The notes under the pieces: model-generated
Seen by the model: the letters and a program-made list of their open reading frames with translations, nothing else
Database searches by the model: none
What the model was told of the DNA's origin: nothing
IMG/VR virus record: IMGVR_UViG_637000270_000006
Length of the DNA: 64,000 nt
Reading direction: 5' to 3' (one strand)
Origin: a virus
Part shown: positions 58,106-64,000 of the stretch, piece by piece
Numbering within the stretch: position 1 is the stretch's first letter
Layout of the letters: each line of letters opens with the position of its first letter
Program-made: the position numbers and the translations under genes

Positions 58106-58410
58106 TGCTGGAGATGTCACTTAGCCCCCTGAAAGCCCAACAGTTTACCGTGGGGCTGGCGGGGCAATCCTGCCTTATCCGCCTGTTTCAAATGCCCAAC
58201 GGCCTTTATCTGGATTTGACGGTAGAGGGCAAGCCGTTGCTTCAGGGGATCCCCTGCCTGAATATGAGCCGTCTGGTGCGATATGGCTATCTGGGCTTTG
58301 CCGGTGATCTGTTTTTTTCAGACCGGGAAGGGACGGAGGATCCGGTTTGGTCACAGCTGGGCGATCGCTTCCGGCTTTTTTATCTGACGGCGGATGAACT
58401 GAATGTATGA
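58105..58410 (+). CDS. Baseplate plug-like protein
   Basis: [28 protein letters not shown]. Confidence 0.7.
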   Translation: MLEMSLSPLKAQQFTVGLAGQSCLIRLFQMPNGLYLDLTVEGKPLLQGIPCLNMSRLVRYGYLGFAGDLFFSDREGTEDPVWSQLGDRFRLFYLTADELNV

Positions 58411-59284
58411 GCATAAAACATTAAGTGTGCGTTTTACGCTGACTCAGGGGGCTTTCGATAACCACAATACCGATGAAATTACCCTGAGCAACGTCAAGGC
58501 GCAGGTGATCATGCGCGCCTGTACCGGAATACAGGGTTTTACCGCCGAGATCACCCTGCGCGGGCTGTCGCTGACACTCTTGTCGATGCTCTCCAGCAAG
58601 GGGCAAGGTATCTATACTGGCTCACCGGATACGCTGCGGATCGGCCTTTACCACAAAGATGGGCAGATTTTTCAGGGAGGCATTGTGTCGGCGTGGGCGG
58701 ATATGAATGCCGCTCCAGAGCCGGCCCTTCACCTCTATGCGGTGGCCGCGCTGGCGGCAAGACAGCGGGCGGCACCCCCCTTTACCCATCAGGGCGCAGT
58801 GAAACTGACCCGTATGCTTAGCGCCATCGCCCGTGCCGCTGGTATGGGGGTGGATCTGCACGATGTGCCCGGTGTGGCCAATAATCCCTATTACGAGGGC
58901 AGCCCCTTTGAGCAACTGATCCATATCTGTTTCGATTACCGCCTCAGCGCCTTTGTGGATGAGCAGAATACGTTTCATGCCTGGGTAAAACAACGTGATG
59001 GCCTGCGTCCGCACATCAGCCCGGCACATGGCCTGATTGGTTACCCGGTCTTTACCCCCCGCGGGATCCTGTTTAATACCGTCTACTCCCCGATGCTGAG
59101 TGTGGGCAGGGCGGTTTATCTTGAGACTGCATTACCGAATGCCACAGGCAACTACATTATTTTTGCCGCCGATCATGTGCTGACCACCTGGAGCGAAGGC
59201 GGGGTGTGGCAAACGGTCTGCCAAGCAACCAAGGAGAGTGTCACCGATGACAACGCCGTATATCCGCGCGGAATACAGCAATAG
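58403..59284 (+). CDS. Baseplate hub protein
   Basis: [18 protein letters not shown]; before spike. Confidence 0.75.
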   Translation: MYEHKTLSVRFTLTQGAFDNHNTDEITLSNVKAQVIMRACTGIQGFTAEITLRGLSLTLLSMLSSKGQGIYTGSPDTLRIGLYHKDGQIFQGGIVSAWADMNAAPEPALHLYAVAALAARQRAAPPFTHQGAVKLTRMLSAIARAAGMGVDLHDVPGVANNPYYEGSPFEQLIHICFDYRLSAFVDEQNTFHAWVKQRDGLRPHISPAHGLIGYPVFTPRGILFNTVYSPMLSVGRAVYLETALPNATGNYIIFAADHVLTTWSEGGVWQTVCQATKESVTDDNAVYPRGIQQ

Positions 59285-59933
59285 CGATGCGGGCAGTATT
59301 GAATTTATGATTGAAAAAATGCTGACCGGTAAGGTGTTTATTGAGCTGGCATGCGTCAATGCCTGTGATCCGGCGGCACAAACTGTCGATGTGACCTCGC
59401 TGGTTAACCGCGCCGATCCCGAGGGCAAACCGATAACGCACGGCACGGTCTACGGTGTCCGTTTCCTGCGCTGGCAATGTGGCGGGAGTGCCATCATCAT
59501 GAACCCGGAGCCGGGGGATATCGGTCTGTTTGCTGTCTGTGACCGGGATATCAGCCTGGTTGTCGCCAACCGCCGGGGAGCGTTGGCGGGTAGCCAGCGT
59601 CGCCACTCGCGCACGGACGGTGTTTATCTGGGCGGTTTGCTGAATGCCTTTCCGACGCAATATCTGGAGCTGGCGAAAAACGCGATCAATATCGTTACCC
59701 CCAATCCGGTCAATGTCTCGTGCCACCATGCCACCCTCAAGGCCCCGGAAGGGGTGACCATCGATACGCCGCTAGCGGCCTTCACGGGTGATATCGTTGA
59801 CCATGCCGGCAGTAATAGCGTGTCGCTCAAAGACTTGCGCGACCATTTTAACCGCCATCGGCACGACGTACAGGGTGTGGAGAGCGGCAGCAGTCGCGTC
59901 ACGTCTGCACCGCCCGATATTCCGACGGAGTAA
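59238..59933 (+). CDS. Baseplate spike (Gp138-like OB domain)
   Basis: PEPGDIGLFAVCDRDIS, RRHSRTDG, C-terminal HRHDV metal-binding motif. Confidence 0.85.
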   Translation: MSPMTTPYIRAEYSNSDAGSIEFMIEKMLTGKVFIELACVNACDPAAQTVDVTSLVNRADPEGKPITHGTVYGVRFLRWQCGGSAIIMNPEPGDIGLFAVCDRDISLVVANRRGALAGSQRRHSRTDGVYLGGLLNAFPTQYLELAKNAINIVTPNPVNVSCHHATLKAPEGVTIDTPLAAFTGDIVDHAGSNSVSLKDLRDHFNRHRHDVQGVESGSSRVTSAPPDIPTE

Positions 59934-59935
59934 GC

Positions 59936-60295
59936 ATGCTAACACAGTCACTGAAATTGCATTCACAGACGTGGGATATCACGCTGGACGGGGCCGGTCA
60001 TCTTGCCACGGTGTCCGAGGCGGCCGCAGTGGCACAGGACGTGGCGAGCGCCTGTAAAACGTTTTTGGGCGAGGTGTGGTTCAATGACAAGCTTGGCATA
60101 CCGTGGATGAGTGAAATACTGGGTAAGCCCACCACGACCACCTTTATCCAGGCGCAGCTTGAACAACAGGCGATGAGACTGCCCTACGTGGCGCAGGCCA
60201 GAGCCACCGTCATAGCCCATCGTGATAAGCGCGGGGCCAGCGGCGTTATCGCGGTGGTCGATACGAATGGAGAAAGCAGCCAGGTGTCTTTATGA
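59936..60295 (+). CDS. Baseplate wedge subunit (gp25-like)
   Basis: WDITLDGAGHLA, FLGEVWFNDKLGIPW. Confidence 0.75.
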   Translation: MLTQSLKLHSQTWDITLDGAGHLATVSEAAAVAQDVASACKTFLGEVWFNDKLGIPWMSEILGKPTTTTFIQAQLEQQAMRLPYVAQARATVIAHRDKRGASGVIAVVDTNGESSQVSL

Positions 60296-61400
60296 ACGAG
60301 AAAACCTTAACGACTGCGGTACCGGGCGTCACTCTCACTGCAGCGGGTCTGGCTATTCCCGATATTGCCGATGTGCTGGCGGGTCGCCTGGTGGATTTTG
60401 ATGCTGCGCTGGGCAGTAGCATGAGTCGTGAACTGACCACGCCACAGGGGCAGATAGCCAGCAGCGAAGCGGAAATCATTGCCGAGGTGTATGACCGGCT
60501 GCTGTGCCTGTTTAACCAGATTAACCCGGATTATGCCGCTGGGCGTTTTTAGGATGGTATCGGGCGGCTTTATTTTCTGAAGTGCGTTGCCGGACGGGGC
60601 ACCTTGGTAACGGCGACCTGTAGCGGCGCGGTGGGGGCGGTCATTCCCGCAGGCAGTGTGGCGCAAGATACGCGCGGCTATCAGTATGTTGCGGTCAATG
60701 CTGCCACCCTGCCCGCGAGCGGCAGCGCTGGTTCCAGAATACGACCCAGGGGCCTATTCCCTTCGGTGCCGGGGAGTTAATCCAGATTTACCGGGCTGGT
60801 CGGCCATCACGAATCACGTCGCCGGCGTGTTGGGCAATGAGGTAGAAGGCCGTACGGCGTTTGAAGCGCGCCGGCGTCGTTCTGTCGCCGCGAATGCGCG
60901 CAATCTGGATGTGTCTCTTCAGGAGGCGCTGCTGGCGGTGCACAGGCCGATATTGCCCAGGCTATTTTCAACAACAAGGCCCTCGGTTGCGAGATGAACA
61001 GCGATACGCATTACACCGTTCAACATACCGAGGGCTACAGCCCACTGTATCCCGAGTATGCCTTGCAGTGGCAGACGGCAAAGCCCACCACGGTGTCTTT
61101 TCGGGTGACGCTGCAAAATCAGCGCACTGAGCTGCCCGCCGATACCGATAGTCGTATCCAGCAGGCGATTATCAAGACGTTTACCGGGCAGGACGATATC
61201 AACGCCGCGGCGACCATCGGGGCACTTATCCCTGCCGGGCGGTTTTATGCCGGTGTGCCGCCGCTGACCCGGTCAGGCTGAATATCGCGGTGATAGAGCT
61301 ATCACTGGACGCTCAGCACTGGTCGTCGGGGGTGACGCTGGGTATTGACCAGGTGCCGGTGACGTCAGAGACGGCTATTCAGGTGGTGACGGCTGAACTA
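60292..61400 (+). pseudogene. Baseplate J-like protein, TAG at 60550-60552 plus several frameshifting deletions
   Basis: TTPQGQIASS, GRF*DGIG, GWSAITN, FEARRR pieces in different frames. Confidence 0.85.
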
Positions 61401-62030
61401 CCTGAAGACGATACAGGCGTAGTATGCAGCATCACTGGCGTTAAACGCTGTGATAGCCACCTTTGAGCAGGCCGTCAGTCTCGAGCGCTTTACCGACACC
61501 TTTTTAACGGCGTTATGGGATATCGAGACGGCACAAACCTATGGTCTGGATATCTGGGGAAAAATTGTCGACGTGTCGCGTTATCTGACGGTGGAAGATA
61601 CCCCGGATTATCTGGGCTTTGACGAAGTTGAAATCACCGCCATTGACGGCTACCCGCAGCCGTTCGATGTGTCACCGTTTTATGCCGGGCTGCAACCCTC
61701 ATCGGTGGTCAGATTAACCGATGATGCCTACCGCAAGCTGATACGGGCAAAAGCCTTTAGCAATATTACCGATGCCACTATCCCGTCGGTTAACCGCTTT
61801 TTGCGCATTCTGTTTACTGACCGGGGCAAGGTGTACTGCACTGACGGGTGGGATATGGCCATGAACATTGTGTTCGAGTTTCCGCCGACGCCGTCTGACC
61901 TGGCGATACTGAAAACGCTGGCATTGTGCCGGTACCGAGCGGGGTAGAGGTGCGATTTATCATTGCGCCGACGCTCAATCTGGGCTTTGCGGCAGACACC
62001 TATACGATGGATGAGGGCACCTTTTACTGA
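61393..62030 (+). pseudogene. DUF2612 baseplate protein, TAG at 61420-61422 and 3' frameshift
   Basis: LNYLKTIQA*YAAS, TAQTYGLDIWGKIV, LTDDAYRKLI. Confidence 0.8.
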
Positions 62031-62055
62031 ATGACCTGCGACATACAGGTTTTTT

Positions 62056-63421
62056 ATGGGAGTTTACATGAAATCCAGCCATACCCCCACCAAACACGCG
62101 ATACCGTTCGGGCAGAACGGCAACAAGCGTGATATCCCGCTGGAAAGCAAAACCGGCAGCGGCGAGGCCTCGCTGAGTCTGGGCTTTCCGCCGGAAACGA
62201 TGGTGCCCAAAGTCTCGGGCGGCATTCCGCCCAGCGGCAAGGACTTTAACGGTATCCTCAATGAACTCTCGGCGATGGGTCGCTGGGCCAATGCCGGGGC
62301 GGGTTACCCGTTTGATGCGGCGTTTGCCAACGCCGTCGGCGGTTATCCTGCCGGTGCGAAAATCCCGAACGTGGAGAACAGCGGTTTCTGGCTGAACACC
62401 GTCGATAACAATAACAATCTGGATAATCCCGAGGTGGCAGACGACCGGCTGACGGGCAGGGTACCGGCAGAAAACTACGGTATTGCCACGCTATCCGGGC
62501 TGGTAAAGGCGGATGTGACGCTGACCACGTTACAGTCGGCCAAGGTGCGTATCGTGCTTACAGGTGAGCTGAAGGCCAATATGGCGGTCATTTTCCCCGC
62601 GTGGCAGACGAGCTGGACGGTGGTGAATCAATGCACGGGCAGTGGCTCGCTGATTTGTCGCACGAAAGCGGGAGCGGGTGTTGTGGTGCCCAAGGGTGAG
62701 TCGAGGGAGATTATTGGCGACGGCAGTGGCCTTGTGCCGCGTATCGTGAATGCCAGCACAACAGTTGCGGGCATCACCCAGCTTAGCAGCGCCATAGACA
62801 GCGACAGCGAGACGCTGGCTGCGACGCCAAAGGCGGTGAAGGCGCTCGCTGATACTCTCAGTAGTGGCCGCCTGCTGAATATCCAGTCCTTCACCAAAAG
62901 CGGCATCTATACGCCGACGCTGGGGACACGGAAAATCCGCGTGAAATGCTGAAGCGCTACTTGATGTCACGCCCCTTTCGTCCGTAAGCGTTGAGGTGGA
63001 CACGGGTGGTGCGGGGGGGACAAGAATTGCTTTCATTGATGAACCCATCGATGGTACTTACGTGACAATCGGCGCTGGAGGAGAGGCGGTTACAAATGTT
63101 GGCGCAGTGGGTAACCCGGGTGGGGATTCAATCTTTGGTAATTTAATGAAGGCCAATGGCGGTACAACGGATTTCGGATTAGGGGGAAGCAGCTCTGGCA
63201 GTGGTTTTGGGATTGATGGTGGTAACGGTACAAGCGGAGGATCTCAAGGAAATAGTACTGTTGGAGGCGTTTCTTACTGGGGAGGCGGTGGAACTGGCGT
63301 GAATGCTAGTGAATCTTTATCTGCTAGAGCGCATGGTTCTGGGGGGGCAGGTTTTGGTTCAAGCAGTACATCGTCTGGTAGTGGTGCAAATGGCATTTGT
63401 ATTATAGAGGAATATTCTTGA
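62056..63421 (+). pseudogene. Tail fibre protein, frame broken at ~62950; Gly-rich C-terminal domain
   Basis: GFPPETM..GGIPPSGKDFNG, ASTTVAGITQLSS..AATPKAVK repeat, TKSGIYTP; Gly-rich tail 62948-63421 in another frame. Confidence 0.85.
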
Positions 63422-63795
63422 TGAAAAACTATGCTGTCATAGAAGATGCCGTAGTGACCAATTTTGTTGTATGGGATGGTAAGTCTGAATGGCGTCCAGA
63501 AAAAGGAAAAGCAGTACTTGCCTCTGAAGGCGTAGGCATTGGATGGAAATATGTTAATGGAGGCTTTAAACGGCCAGATACACCTTCATTACCGCATAAA
63601 GAATATGTAGCACTGGCTGAACAAGAAAAGGTATCACTGCTAAATAACGCAAGACAGAAAATTCTTGTATGGCAGGTTAAGCTGGCTATTGGAAAAAAGC
63701 TCACGGATATTGAGATTTCTCAATTGAACTTATGGCTTGATTATATTGATTTACTTATTTCCGTTGACACGTCTACGGCACCTAATTTTAATTAG
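63421..63795 (+). CDS. Tail fibre assembly chaperone
   Basis: MKNYAVIED..VVWDG..GIGWKY, WLDYIDLL..VDTS. Confidence 0.8.
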   Translation: MKNYAVIEDAVVTNFVVWDGKSEWRPEKGKAVLASEGVGIGWKYVNGGFKRPDTPSLPHKEYVALAEQEKVSLLNNARQKILVWQVKLAIGKKLTDIEISQLNLWLDYIDLLISVDTSTAPNFN

Positions 63796-64000
63796 CCGCC
63801 TATCCCATGATTGGCATTAATCATTGGAAATAAAATCAAATTTTGCGAGCTATTTTTTTTGTGAATCGTGAATCAATGATTTTATTGATAAAATGCGAAA
63901 GGATAATAATAACTAAAAATGTGATAACTAAGCTAGAGCTGTATCGGACACCTTCTTTTTCAAGTATGCGTAGAGTTATATATCCTATAACTGAATGTAG

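Larger units (their letters stand above)
23058..63800. mobile_element. Prophage 2 (lambdoid control region, contractile-tail structural module), defective
   Basis: att-int-xis at left, N/cI/cro/cII, nin, Q, lysis, head, tail, fibre; right att not seen in window. Confidence 0.9.

Noticed and set aside
43122-61422. In-frame TAG codons in late genes (endolysin 43122, portal 46530, baseplate J 60550, DUF2612 61420), several where Gln is plausible, suggesting amber recoding
   Set aside because: The same region has frameshifts and deletions, the endolysin also lost its catalytic Glu, TAG is used as a true stop in cII, Dam and rusA, and no suppressor tRNA is present. C-to-T decay explains it.
46422-62906. 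Many long antisense ORFs in the GC-rich structural region
   Set aside because: They overlap recognisable plus-strand phage genes and are expected at this GC content.
62056-63421. Diversity-generating retroelement or invertible fibre system
   Set aside because: No reverse transcriptase, template repeat, invertase or inverted fibre cassette in the window.
52907-63795. Stand-alone tailocin or contractile injection system
   Set aside because: The tail genes are preceded by terminase, portal and capsid genes of the same prophage, and baseplate J, DUF2612 and the fibre are broken.

Overview
The window is almost entirely prophage: two decaying temperate phages flank a short AT-rich insert. Prophage 1 (1 to ~18.2 kb, minus strand, runs off the left edge) has an HK97-type head module, a lysis cassette interleaved with accessory genes (including a two-frame C5 DNA methyltransferase), a DnaC/O-type replication module with iterons, a C4 antisense-RNA/icd switch, an exonuclease/SSB module and a truncated P2 C-like repressor. 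From 18.3 to 23.1 kb lie an Rpn nuclease with an internal small-protein start, a YdjM-like hydrolase, an ERIC-like repeat, an MFS transporter, a frameshifted P4-type integrase and the 3' 46 bp of tRNA-Arg(UCU), an att site. Prophage 2 (23.1 to ~63.8 kb) has a DLP12-type integrase, three Rha/Ant antirepressor genes behind a second C4 switch, a PAS-LuxR cargo gene, a lambda-like N-cI-cro-cII switch with nut sites, nin and lysis regions with morons, and a contractile-tail (DUF1073/DUF2184/DUF3383) structural module. Many genes in both prophages are pseudogenes (nonsense codons, 1-4 bp indels, deletions, one ISAs1 copy, two copies of a 282-bp IS21-type MITE). Gene content and decay resemble facultative insect endosymbionts of the Enterobacterales; that host assignment is inference only. 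All family names come from motif recognition and recalled homologs; no database search was run.
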